Of a DNA stretch of 64,000 bases, positions 27,760 to 38,265 are shown in pieces. Every line of letters begins with the position of its first letter. Position 1 is the stretch's first letter. The DNA is taken from contig CAWJMB010000003.1 in assembly GCA_963843845.1 (NCBI GenBank), forward strand, positions 224,001 to 288,000, read 5' to 3'. The stretch is from an uncultured Gemmatimonadaceae bacterium. GTDB lineage: Bacteria > Gemmatimonadota > Gemmatimonadetes > Gemmatimonadales > Gemmatimonadaceae. Under the pieces are notes generated by a model. The model saw only the letters and a list, made by a program, of their open reading frames with translations, had not been told where the DNA came from and did not search any database. The position numbers were made by a program, and so were the translations under genes.

Positions 27760-28317
27760 CTACCCGCGAGCGACCCAGAGAAAGGCCGCGCCCATCAGGA
27801 GCGCGATCAGTATGAGCGCGACGACGACGAGTCGCACGACGCACCCGCCGAGTGACGAGACGCCGGCGCGGACGACTTCGGCGACGGGGCCGGTGATGGG
27901 GCCGGTGACGGGGCCGGTGCCGCCGTCGCGCGTCGGCGGCGGCACGGCGGTGACATCCCAGACGTCGGGAGCGCCGCGCTCCACGGGCTCCCGGTCGATG
28001 CGGTCGACGCGGTCGATGCGGTCGACGCGGTCGACGCGGTCGACGCTGGCGCGGTGGTCGGCACTCGTCGTGCGCGGAGGCGGTCGGTGTGAACGCGGCG
28101 TCGGTGACACGAGCGGCGGACGCTCTCGTGGCGCCTCGGGCGCCGGATCGCGGACGAGCGTGGCGCCGCACTCCGGACAGCGCGGGGCGACCAGCCACCT
28201 GCCCGGGGTGTGGTTGCCGCAGAAGTACCGAACGTTCGCCTCGTGACACGCGTCGCACTCGCCAGCGGTGTCCTGCGGCGTGCCGCACTGCGGGCAGCGG
28301 AAGACGACCGTGCTCAC
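27760..28317 (-). CDS. Double zinc-ribbon protein with C-terminal TM helix
   Basis: CPQC, CDAC, CGNH, CPEC; (V/I)DR repeat; C-terminal LVVVALILIALLMGAAFLWV; GTG start overlaps the upstream TGA. Confidence 0.82.
   Translation of the reverse strand: MSTVVFRCPQCGTPQDTAGECDACHEANVRYFCGNHTPGRWLVAPRCPECGATLVRDPAPEAPRERPPLVSPTPRSHRPPPRTTSADHRASVDRVDRVDRIDRVDRIDREPVERGAPDVWDVTAVPPPTRDGGTGPVTGPITGPVAEVVRAGVSSLGGCVVRLVVVALILIALLMGAAFLWVARG
27992..28045 (-). repeat. 9-bp tandem repeat x6 encoding (V/I)DR
   Basis: CGGTCGA(T/C)G x6 on the + strand. Confidence 0.85.
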
Positions 28318-29654
28318 GGCGCGTGCTCGGCGTCGAGGCCGGTCGCCGGGTCGCCGCTCGCGTCGGACGCGGCAGGATCGTCGAGCTCTGGGGGGAACGC
28401 CGCGCGCACGAGATCGTCGGGCAGGTGGAGACGGTGGAGCTGTGGGAGCGCGCCGGGCACGTAGCGCGCGGCGGTCGGCACCCGGACGTACGGCCCGAAG
28501 ACCTCGCGCGGCAGGCGCCGCGACATGGCGTTCGGTCGTGAGAAGCGGATGTGCCGCGTACGCCGGGTAGACGGCCCAGCGCTCCTCGATATGGTCATGA
28601 CCGCGGACCATGTGCGTGACCGGCCGGCCAGCCGTGCGGCGAGGGCGCAGAAGTCGTCGAAGTCCTCGCGACCGAACTGACTGCCGCGCGACGCGCGGTT
28701 GGGCATCTTGCGCCGCGCCTTCGGGTGGGCCCGCGTCCACACGAAGTCGGAGAGCACCCGCGGGTCGTTCCAGTCGCCGCCGGCTTCGAGCTCCGCGGTG
28801 CAGGTCTACCAGCGGGAACCCGCCGTGCGACACGAGCAGCCCGTCGGGGAAGAAGAGCGCCCGCGGAGCCGCGGCGAACACCCGGACGGCGAGCCGGCCG
28901 GCGCGCTGCACCCAGGGATCGTCCGACAGCGCGTTGAGCGTGTCGGCGAAGTCGGAGGGCGTGACCGCCGCCGTGAATCGGTCGCCATTCCAGCCGAGCG
29001 CCTCGTCGTGGTTGCCGGCGACGAGGCAGACCGCGGCCGGGTCGGTCAGCGCGAGCTCGGCGATCGCGAAGGAACACCTCGAGGCCGTAGCCGCCGTCGT
29101 CCCAGAGGTCGCCGAGGAAGATGAAGCGCGGCGCCGCGTCGGCGGCGGCCCTGCGCGGCGACCTGGTCGAGCGCGAGGGCGAGCACGCGCCTCGAGCGCG
29201 AGCAGATCGCCGTGCAGGTCGCCGACGATCCACGAGCGGGCGCTCGGCAGCGAGCTCGACGGATGCGGATGGCACGGTCGTCGGGGCCGTCGCGGTCCGC
29301 GTCGAACAGGAAGCCGGGGCCGCCCTCCTGGTCGAGCAAGGCCTCGAGACGCGCGACCGTGTCCGCCATGCGCGCGCGCAGCGGCGCCGGGTCGGCCGCG
29401 CGTCGCAACGCCTCCCAGTCGAGCGTCTCGACCTCGACGACGCCGGCGAACGGCGGTGGCTCGGCGTGGCGGGAGGCGGCGCCGCAGGCCCGGCGCCGAT
29501 CGGTGGCAGACGACCGCGATGACGGGCTCCGGCGCGCCGTCGACCGTGCGGGCCTGGGGGCGCGCGAGTGGCGTCGCGGCGCGCGGCCGGCGCGTCGCGC
29601 TCGGCGTCCCTGTCGCTCCCGGGGCCGCCGGGCCGGCGAGTCGTCAGAGCGCAC
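28314..29654 (-). CDS. Calcineurin-like PPP-family Ser/Thr protein phosphatase (multiple frameshifts)
   Basis: Across frames: GDLHGD, FLGDLWDDGG, AGNHDE, VSHGG, DFVWTR, GSQFG, MVRGHDH; start uncertain. Confidence 0.82.
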
Positions 29655-30995
29655 GGACGGTCAGCGGAAGCTTGACGATCCCCTTCGCCTGGCGTCCGAC
29701 GGCAAGGACGTCGCCGTCACGCAGCGGGCGTGGGGCGGTGAGGGTCTCGCCGTTGAGCAGCGTCTCGTTCGGCGTGCCGGCGACCGGGGTGACCTGCCAC
29801 CCGGCGGCGCCGCGCTCGACGACGCACTGGCGCGCGTCCCAGAACTCGGCGTCGGGGCCGAACTGCCGTGCGAGGTGCTTGCCGAGCTCCGTGCGCACGC
29901 CGACCTGCAGCGCGTGCGCCGCCGGCGCCGAGGAGCTGGAGCGCTCGGTGGTGATCGGGACGCGCGCCGTCGCGGCGGGCGGCGGCGCGTGCGGCGGGTG
30001 CGGCAGGTGCCGGCCGCGGAGCCGGCGTGGGTGGCGCGGCCGGCGTCGTGGCCGGCGCGGGGGCGCCGGTGCGTGGCGCCGCGGCCGCTGAGCACCGCGC
30101 GCAGCTCGGCGGCGGTCGGGCGTGCGGCCGGATCGGGCGAGAGACACCGATACAGCGCGTCGCGCGACCGCGGCGTTCTCCGCGGGCGCGGGCAAGACGC
30201 CGGCGAGCGCCGGAGGCTCCGCGGCGTGCGCGCGCACGAGCGCGGCGTACTCCGCCTGGTCGTCGCGCCAGTACGGGTGCCGGCCGGTCAGCAGCTCGTA
30301 GAGCAGGAGCCCGCAGGTGAACACGTCCGAGGGCAGCCCCGGGACGGCGCCGCGCGTGAGGTGCTCCGGCGAGCGGTAGTTGTCGGTGCCCACGTAGCCC
30401 TGATGGCCGTGCCACGGCGCGCGGCGGTCGGCGAGCAGGGAGAAGTCGGTGTCGATGAGCTTGAGCTGGTAGCCGGCGCCGATGGACGGGTCGCGAATCA
30501 GGTACACGTTCGGCGGCTTGAGGTCGGCGTGCACGATGCTTCGACTCGTGCAGCGCCGCGATGCCCGCCATGAACACCTTGGCCCAGGTGACGTGGCGCG
30601 CCCACACGTCGGGGTCGCGGAGCGGCCACGCGCCGGTGCGCTCGTGCGCCGCGCGCTCGTCGTCGAAGATCTGCTGCAGGTCGCCGCCGTGCTCGACGAA
30701 CTCGTACGCCTGGAAGTAGGTGGGGCCGCCCCACACCTCCTCGAACGCGTCGACGAGGCGGACGACGTAGTCCGCCGCCTTGCCGCCGCGCACGCGTGCC
30801 GCGAGCTCCTGCTGGTAGTCGACGAACGCCGAGTACCAGACGACCGTCGGCGCCGGCGACTTGTACTGCTTGAGGAAGATCCTGCCGGCCGTCGGGCGAC
30901 TCCGCGGCGTACGAGATGGCCATCGCGCCGGGGCCGAACACCTTCGTCACGCGGTAGCCGCGGAGCGTGTCGCCGACTTTGAGCTTCTTCGCCAT
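29644..30995 (-). CDS. Hanks-type Ser/Thr kinase with C-terminal FHA-like domain (multiple frameshifts)
   Basis: FGPGAMAISY loop, IFLKQY, HADLKPPN, LIDTDFS, VGTDNYRSPEH, SDVFTCGLLLYELLTG; C-terminal TPNETLLNG..LRDGDVLAVG. Confidence 0.88.
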
Positions 30996-31022
30996 GCGCG
31001 AGTCAGTGAGCGCGCGCCGGCA

Positions 31023-32006
31023 TCACAGCGCCACGGTCTCGGCGGACTTCGAGACGCTGGCGGCGAGCTGCTTGAGCGTCGTGCGGAAGTTGGCCGCGTC
31101 GGCCGTGTACTTCTGCAGCGCCTCCTGCGGCGTGAGCCCTTCGTACTCCACGACCTCCCACTCCGACTTGTCGATCTGGCTGAGGCGGTCGTAGCCCTCG
31201 AAGTTCGGCGCGAAGAGGCTGAGGATGATGCGGTTGGCCATCACGACGTTCGCGACGTCCTGCAGGCTGCCGCCCTTCGCCTGAGGGATCGACATCGTCT
31301 CCTTGAACGACGCGTCGGTGAACACGACGACGACGCGCGCCGCCTCGCTGCGGTAGCGCCACTGCGTCGGCTCCTCGCTCTGCGCGCCCTTCGGGCGTCG
31401 CCTCCATCGTCGCCACCTGTAAGAGCGCGTCGAGCAGCGACTCCGGCTCGTCGCCGCCGCCCTGGGCGCGGAGCGTGCGCCAGCTGCGCCTTGAGCGCGA
31501 CCGCGTCGCGCACGAACGGGTGGTCCTCGATCCACGGCAGCCCCTCGGCGTCCGCCGCCTCGATGTCGCGATAGCCGACGACCTTGCCGCGCCAGTCCTT
31601 CACCGGCGCGGCGTTGTTCGCGTCGCCCGTGCTCAGCGAGTCGATGAAGACCTCGATGTTGCGGCGCAGCGCGTCGATGCACGGGCGCCATGCTGCCGCT
31701 GACGTCGACGAGGAAGACGATGTCGGCCACGCCCTTGGTCTTCGCCCGCGGCGCGGGCGCCGGCGCGGGCGCGAGTGGGGCCGCGGCCGGCGGGGGCGGC
31801 GCCTGTGCGGCCGCCGCATCGGACGCGGCGACGGGGTCGATCACGCCGGCGGCCCCCGGCGCGGACGCCGTGTCGGCCGCTGGTACCTCGGGGCCCGGAC
31901 CATCGGCGCCCGGGCCATCGAGGATCGCCTTCTCCGGTGGAGTGGGAGCGGTCTCGAACTCGGCCTCGGCCTCGGCAGGAGAGCTCGGGGGGAGCGGTGT
32001 AGCCAT
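31023..32006 (-). CDS. vWA (MIDAS) domain protein with Pro/Ala-rich N-terminus (frameshifts)
   Basis: DIVFLVDVSGSM, VVGYRD, GGGDEPESLLDAL, WR..AARVVVVFTDAS. Confidence 0.88.
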   Translation of the reverse strand: MATPLPPSSPAEAEAEFETAPTPPEKAILDGPGADGPGPEVPAADTASAPGAAGVIDPVAASDAAAAQAPPPPAAAPLAPAPAPAPRAKTKGVADIVFLVDVSGSMAPVHRRAAPQHRGLHRLAEHGRREQRRAGEGLARQGRRLSRHRGGGRRGAAVDRGPPVRARRGRAQGAAGARSAPRAAATSRSRCSTRSYRWRRWRRRPKGAQSEEPTQWRYRSEAARVVVVFTDASFKETMSIPQAKGGSLQDVANVVMANRIILSLFAPNFEGYDRLSQIDKSEWEVVEYEGLTPQEALQKYTADAANFRTTLKQLAASVSKSAETVAL

Positions 32007-32133
32007 CGGTGCGGTACCTCGCAAAGTGCGTGAGTGGAGAGCGCTCCTCCTTCTGCACGTCCGCTGCCGCGCCCGCCAATCCGATGCGAAACGGCGGGTC
32101 GCGCGGCACGGTGCCACGGTACTAAATAATAAC

Positions 32134-32161
32134 GGAGCCCGGAAGGGTAATTATGGGCTCC
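32134..32161. other. 28-bp 11-6-11 imperfect palindrome (dif-like recombination site, operator or terminator)
   Basis: GGAGCCCGGAA-GGGTAA-TTATGGGCTCC next to an AT-rich patch ACTAAATAATAA. Confidence 0.55.
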
Positions 32162-32607
32162 GATGTGTTGCAGTCTCGACCACGGTACGCCTCGACGCAT
32201 TGGCGCCACCCGCGACGGCGGGAGGAGCCCCGGCACGAGATGGCTGTTAGCGTGCAGGCGGAACGCGCTCCTGGTGATGTTGCGTCCCATCGTGACGTAC
32301 CGACTCCGCTAGTGTCCATGACCCCTGATAGGCCCGTCCCGACGCCATCGCGGATGACGTCCGACCTGCTGATCGGCATCGCCGCGGCCTGTCGGCGGAC
32401 GGCGCGCGGTGTTGCGTCGCTCCTCGGGGGAGCGTCGAGCGGGATGCTGTGCCCGGCCCCGTGCGGTGCGCAGCCGGCGGCCGACACCGCGCACCGTCCG
32501 CGCGTCAATCTCGTCACGCCCATCGGCCCCGCGTCGATCACGTCCGCCAGACGACGGCTGAACGAGCGGCCGCGCCTCGCCGCCGAGATTGGCGACCGGG
32601 TTCTGAC

Positions 32608-34173
32608 GTGAGCCGCCCCTGGAACGCCGTCCGGCGACGTACGTGGGTGGGAGTCACCGCGGGCGCGGTCGTCGTCGTCGCCCTGGCCGTCCTCGGCGTC
32701 GGGCTGTCCGGCCTGGGCGACGCCGTGGACGGCGCCACCAGCGAGCCCGCCCAGTGGGCCGGCGGCCTCGTCGCGCTGCTCGTCGCCGCGTTCGCTGTCG
32801 TCGGTCTGCGCGACACCATCGCGGCGGGCGACCGGCTGTCGGTGCGGATCATGAGCGGCGTACTGCGCCTGCTCCTCCTCGTGCTCGCGACCATCGGACT
32901 GTTCGACACCCTGCGCGGCTCCGCACTCCAGGGCATCCGGGTCCTCGGCGAGTCGGGGCGCACCGTCCCCGTCTCGCACCCCGCGTTCCGCACCACCATG
33001 GAGCTCATGACCGGCACGCCGCTGTCGGCTGGTAACACGGTGGCCGTGATGACCAACGGCGACGAGACGTACCCGCTGCTCTGGGACGACCTACGTGCCG
33101 CCCACCGCTCGATCGCGCTCCAGCTCTATTACGTCGAGCCGGGGCGGATGGCCGACGAGCTCCGGGAGATCCTGACCGAGCGGGCCCGCGCCGGCGTGCG
33201 CGTCCTCTTGCTCGTCGACGCGTTCGGCGCCGAGGCCGTGCCGGCCGGGTACTTCGACGCCCTTCGCGCCGCGGGCGTGGAGGTCGCTCGATTCCGGCCG
33301 CTGCGCTTGATCTCGCTGCACCGAGTGAACGCCCGGTCGCACGTCCGCGTGATCTCGGTCGATGGAGTCGTCGGCTACACGGGGGGGTTCGGGATCGCCG
33401 ACAAGTGGTACGGCACCGGCCGACTGGCCGGGGAGTGGCGCGAGACGAACGTCCGGTTCACCGGGCCGGCCGTGGGACAGCTGCTCGCGGCGTTCGCCGT
33501 GGGATGGGCCGAGGCGACGGGACACCTGCTGACGCTCGACCCGGATGCGGCCGCGGCGCTCACCGGTGATACCCCCGGTGAGGCGGACACCTCCGCGCCG
33601 GCCGTCGTCTCCCGCGGCCTGCCCGTCGCCGCGGCCGGGCTGCTGCACACCGCGCCGACGTTGGGCAGCACGCGCGCCGAGCGGTTCCTCTCCCTCTCCA
33701 TCGGTTCGGCACGCGAGCGGCTCTACGTCACCAACGCGTACTTCGTCCCCGGCACATACTTCCGCCGGCTGCTGGAGCGGGCCGCCGCGCGCGGCGTCGA
33801 CGTGCGCGTGCTGACCACCGGCTCTTCGGACGTGTCGACCACCTGGTACGCGGGGCGGGCGCAGTACGCCGACCTCCTCGCCGCCGGCGTGCGCATCTAC
33901 GAGTACACGCCGACCATGATGCATGCGAAGACGATGGTCGTGGACGGCCGCTGGATCTCGGTGGGGAGCATGAACTTCGACAACCGATCGCTCGTGTTCA
34001 ACGACGAGGCGAATCTCGTCGCGCTCGACACGGCGTTGGGCAGTCGACTGGAGGCCATCTTCCTGGCCGACCTCGCGTTCGCGCGCGAGGTGACGCCTGC
34101 GTCGTTCGCCCGGCGCCCGTGGTGGCACCGGCCGCGTGAGTGGGTCGCGAGCCTGCTCACCCGCGTCCTGTGA
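32608..34173 (+). CDS. cls: Cardiolipin synthase / phospholipase D family protein
   Basis: N-terminal TM segments; two PLD motifs SHVRVISVDG..GYTGG (K replaced by R) and MHAKTMVVDG..GSMNFDNRS. Confidence 0.85.
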   Translation: MSRPWNAVRRRTWVGVTAGAVVVVALAVLGVGLSGLGDAVDGATSEPAQWAGGLVALLVAAFAVVGLRDTIAAGDRLSVRIMSGVLRLLLLVLATIGLFDTLRGSALQGIRVLGESGRTVPVSHPAFRTTMELMTGTPLSAGNTVAVMTNGDETYPLLWDDLRAAHRSIALQLYYVEPGRMADELREILTERARAGVRVLLLVDAFGAEAVPAGYFDALRAAGVEVARFRPLRLISLHRVNARSHVRVISVDGVVGYTGGFGIADKWYGTGRLAGEWRETNVRFTGPAVGQLLAAFAVGWAEATGHLLTLDPDAAAALTGDTPGEADTSAPAVVSRGLPVAAAGLLHTAPTLGSTRAERFLSLSIGSARERLYVTNAYFVPGTYFRRLLERAAARGVDVRVLTTGSSDVSTTWYAGRAQYADLLAAGVRIYEYTPTMMHAKTMVVDGRWISVGSMNFDNRSLVFNDEANLVALDTALGSRLEAIFLADLAFAREVTPASFARRPWWHRPREWVASLLTRVL

Positions 34174-34264
34174 CGTGCACGAGGACGGACGACTCATGGG
34201 CGCAGTCGGGTTGCACACGGACAGCCGCCGAGGTGAGGGGCGGCGGACCGTCACCGCGCGGGGC

Positions 34265-36186
34265 TCACTCCGCGGCGCCGGCAACGAACAGCTCGACGGC
34301 GCGCGGAGGCATGCGAACGGACGCGCGCTGCGTGCTCGCGTCCGGGGTCGACTCGGACGCCACGGTCGCCGGGTCGTCGCCGGAATACCTCGCCGACACG
34401 GTCGACAGCACGCGCCGCCACGGCGGCGCCGTCCGGCCCGCGACGTCCGCGGGAAGCGCGATCTCGCGGCACTCGTCGGCCAGGTTGTGGACGAGGCACA
34501 CCGCGCGCGCCGAGGCGGCATGCGGTACGAGCACGAGCGTGCCGGACTGCCCGTCCTCGGCGGCGCGGGTCACGGCGTCGGCGGCGCCGGGGCGGAGTGC
34601 GGGCTCCGACCGCCGCAGCGCGAGCGCGTCGCGGTAGAGCGCACGCAGCGCGGCGCCGCGCGGCGTGCACCGCCGGCCGTGATCGAGCCGCGACCGCACG
34701 AACGTCGCCGGGTCGCCCGGGTCGGGCACCCCGTCACCCCACGCGAAGTCCGCGAACTCCGCACGCCGCCCCTCGCGCACCGCATCGAGCAGCGCCGCGT
34801 CGCCATGGCTCACGAAGTACAGGAACGGATTCGTCTCGCCATACTCCTCGCCCATGAAGAGCAGCGGCACGTAGCCCGAGAGGAGCACGAGCGCCGCGGC
34901 CGCCTTCTGCCGCTCGAAGTCGACGAGCGCGCCGAGTCGGTCGCCGGTCGCACGGTTGCCGACCTGATCGTGGTTCTGCAGCGCGACGACGAAGCGGTCG
35001 CGCGAGACGCCGCGGCCCCCCGTCGTGGTCGATCGGCGAACGCTCGGGCGAGAATCCTCGCCCCTCGCGCACGAACGGGGTGCCTAACGCATTCGCCACC
35101 GCGATGCCCGCGAACGGCGCATAGTAGCCGCGCATCTCGCCGGTCAGCGCGACGTGCACCGCGTGGTGCAGGTCGTCGGCCCACTGCGCGTCGAAGCCGA
35201 GGCCGCCGTCGGCAGTGGGCGTCACCACGCGCGGGTCGTTCAGGTCGCTCTCGGCGATGACGTGCGCGCGGCGGCCTGACGCGTGCGCGCGGTCGTGCAC
35301 GGCGTCGGTCAGCTCCGCGAGCAGGTGGCGCGGCGACGCGTCGTAGATGCCGTGCACCGCGTCGAGTCGGAGCGCGTCGACGCGACAGTCGGTGATCCAG
35401 TACAGCGCGTTCTCGATCACGTGCCGCCGCACCCGGGCGCTGCCCGCGCCCGTCGAGATTCACCGCGCGCCCCACGGGGTCGTGTAGCGCTCGGTGAAGT
35501 ACGGGCCGTATGCGTCGAGGTAGTTCCCCTCGGGGCCGAGGTGGTTGTAGACGACGTCGAGCACGACCGCGATCCCCTCGCCGTGCGCGGCGTCGACGAG
35601 GCGGCGCAACCCCTCGGGTCCGCCGTAGCTGCTCTGCGGCGGCGTAGAGGTGCACGCCGTCGTACCCCCAGTTGCGCCCCCCGGGGAACTCCGCGATCGG
35701 CATCAGCTCGATCGCCGTGACGCCGAGCTCGCGGAGCGCAGCGAGGTGAGGGATGACGCCGTCGAACGTGCCGGCGTCGCTGAACGTGCCGACGTGCAGC
35801 TCGTAGATCACGTAGTCGGCCATCGCGTCGAGCCCGCGCCACGCCGTGTCGCGCCACGCGAACGCGCCCGCGTCGACGACGCGCGACGGGCCGTGCACGC
35901 CGCGCGGCTGCCAGCGGCTCCGCGGGTCGGGGAGCGCACGGTCGCCGTCGAGCACGAAGCGGTAGTCGAGTCCCGCCGACGCGCCGGCGACCGTGCCGGC
36001 GAACAGGTCGCGGTCACGGTGCAGCGCGATCTCGTCGAGCGGGGCGCCGTGCCCGTCGAGCAGGCGAACCCGGACCGATCGGCTGCGCGGCGCCCACACC
36101 GCGAAGCGCACACCGTCGCCGTCGACGACCGCGCCGAGTGTCTCCTCGGACGCCGCGTCGTCCGGCTGCTGCTCTGTCGTCGCCAC
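34265..36186 (-). CDS. treZ: Malto-oligosyltrehalose trehalohydrolase, GH13 (frameshifts)
   Basis: [74 protein letters not shown]. Confidence 0.92.
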
Positions 36187-36343
36187 CGTGCCCCACCCGC
36201 CTTCGCCCTGGATTGATGGCGGGCCCAGCGCCGCCGCTCCGTCGCTGCGTCCTCGCGACGACGTCCCTCGTGCCGTGCGGCGTCGCGCAGACGACGTGCC
36301 GAGGCTTCGGGCCCGGCGTGGAATCCGGCCGACGCGCCGTACG

Positions 36344-36892
36344 TCAGCGACTCCAGGGCGGCACGACGTTGTTGCTGCGCGCGTAGGCGATGAGCTGGCC
36401 GAGGTGCTCGTGCAGATGCGTGGCGGTGAAGATCAGCGCCAGCTGGCGCGTCATCGGCTGACCGAAGAAGCTGATCGTCTGGCTGCGGTTCGCGTCCGTC
36501 GTGAGGTCCATGGCCTCGTGCAGATGCGTGAACGACGCCTCGACCTCGGCGACGATCCGCTCCTTCGACTGCTTGCGCGTCTCGTAGGCGCCGACCGATT
36601 TCGGGTCGGCCGCGTCGATCGCGACCGAGGCGGGGACCGGCTTTCCCATCGTCGACGGGATGAGGTAGTTGTCGCCGGCGACGTGGAGGAGCGTCTCGCC
36701 GACCGAGCGGGCGCCCGGCGGGCGCCAGTCGTACGCGGTCGCGGGGATCGCCTTCGCGAGTGCGACGATCTTCTGCTGCACCCCGTTCACGTCGCGGTGC
36801 AGATCGGCCACGACGTCCTGCGCCGACGCGGACGCGGGGAGCACGAGGGAGGCGAGGAGCGTGAGTGTCGGCGTGCGGGTCGGCATGCGCAT
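36344..36892 (-). CDS. Secreted DinB family protein
   Basis: Signal peptide; YDWRP..RSVGETLLHVA; HLHEHLGQLIAYAR..VVPPWS. Confidence 0.88.
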   Translation of the reverse strand: MRMPTRTPTLTLLASLVLPASASAQDVVADLHRDVNGVQQKIVALAKAIPATAYDWRPPGARSVGETLLHVAGDNYLIPSTMGKPVPASVAIDAADPKSVGAYETRKQSKERIVAEVEASFTHLHEAMDLTTDANRSQTISFFGQPMTRQLALIFTATHLHEHLGQLIAYARSNNVVPPWSR

Positions 36893-36932
36893 CGAGCGAG
36901 TCCTCGGACGGGGGTGGGAAGTTCGTCGCGCG

Positions 36933-37997
36933 CTACTCGACACGAATGAACGCCAGCGCGTTGTTCGCGTTCATCGGAATCACGAGCTGGTTCGCGCCGG
37001 CGTCGTAGCACATCGACGCGGCGCTCGGAATGTTGCGCGCGATCAGCTCCGCCGCACGCCCCGGCCGGATGCGCGACACGCCTCCGTGTACGACGCTGCT
37101 CACGTACTTCGTCCCGTCGCGCATGATCACGAGACCGTCGTTGCCAGGCTGCGCGGCGCGTTCGGTCTTCACCAGCCGCCCGCCGGCGCGAACGTCAGCA
37201 CCTCGTCGTCGCCGATGTTCACGACGACGACGTTGTCCCTGCGCGTCGAGCGCGACGCCGTTGGGCTGCGCAGCGGCGCGCCCTGCACGAAGATCGACGC
37301 CGTCGCCGTCGGCGCGATCTTCCACACCTGCCACGTCGCGGGGTTCGCGGCGTCGCCGCGGTCGCCGGTCTGCGTCGCGTACACGGTGCCGTCGTCGGCG
37401 ACTTCGATGTCGTTGAACCACGTCGACTGCGGCACGCGCATCTCGCCGGCCGGCGCGCCGGTCTTCATGTCGAACCTGCGCACGACGGCGACGCTCGGCT
37501 CCGCGGCCGTCGTGCCGCCGTCGCGGTCGGCGACGTACAGCATGCCGTTCGCGATGTCGCTGCCGTACGGCTCGTTCAGCACGAGCGGCGGCGTCAGCGC
37601 GCCGCGCGCCGGCGGGTCCTGCACGCCGAGCCAGCGCGCCGTGTGCACGGAGCCGTCGTGATTGAGGAACGAGATCCACGCGTTGTTGCGTCTGCACGTT
37701 CTGCGGCACGCCGCGGTTCGGCACGACGATCACGCCGCGCTGCGGGTCGTACGAGCAGCTCTCCGCCGAGTAGATCGCGCCGTAGACCTTGACGTTCGAC
37801 GAGATCGGTTCGAAGGCGGCGCTCGGCGCGTCCGGCGCGTTCGGCGTCGGCGCGACCGGGAGGCCGAGTCGATTGCCGACGACGAAGGGCTGCGGCTGCT
37901 GCGCCGCCTGCTGCGCGACGAGGGCGACCGCGGCGGCGCCGGTGGCGGTGCCGACGACGAGCGCGGACGCGCCGACGACGAACGTGGCTCGGGTCAT
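36933..37997 (-). CDS. Secreted SMP-30/gluconolactonase-like beta-propeller (frameshifts)
   Basis: SAESCSYDP, WFNDIEVADDGTVY, PNGVA, GNDGLVI, IPMNANNAL. Confidence 0.75.
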   Translation of the reverse strand: MTRATFVVGASALVVGTATGAAAVALVAQQAAQQPQPFVVGNRLGLPVAPTPNAPDAPSAAFEPISSNVKVYGAIYSAESCSYDPQRGVIVVPNRGVPQNVQTQQRVDLVPQSRRLRAHGALARRAGPAGARRADAAARAERAVRQRHRERHAVRRRPRRRHDGRGAERRRRAQVRHEDRRAGRRDARAAVDVVQRHRSRRRRHRVRDADRRPRRRREPRDVAGVEDRADGDGVDLRAGRAAAQPNGVALDAQGQRRRREHRRRRGADVRAGGRLVKTERAAQPGNDGLVIMRDGTKYVSSVVHGGVSRIRPGRAAELIARNIPSAASMCYDAGANQLVIPMNANNALAFIRVE

Positions 37998-38265
37998 GTC
38001 GACGTCTCCGAGAAGTGGGCCGGCGGTGGCCGCGCGCGGCGAGCGGCGGCGTGGAGCGGGAACGATAGCGCCACGCCGCCCGCTCAGCAGCGCCGCCGGC
38101 GGCGCCGAATGTGCGGAGCGCGGGGGCGGCACTCTCCGCGTCCGCCGCGCTGCCCGCGGCCTTCCCCCTTCCCCGGTCCGGCATGCCCCACGACAGCTCC
38201 TGCCCCGAGGCGACCCCGCAACCGCCGAACGCGGCGCGAGCCCACGACGCGCTGCGGGGGGCGCG

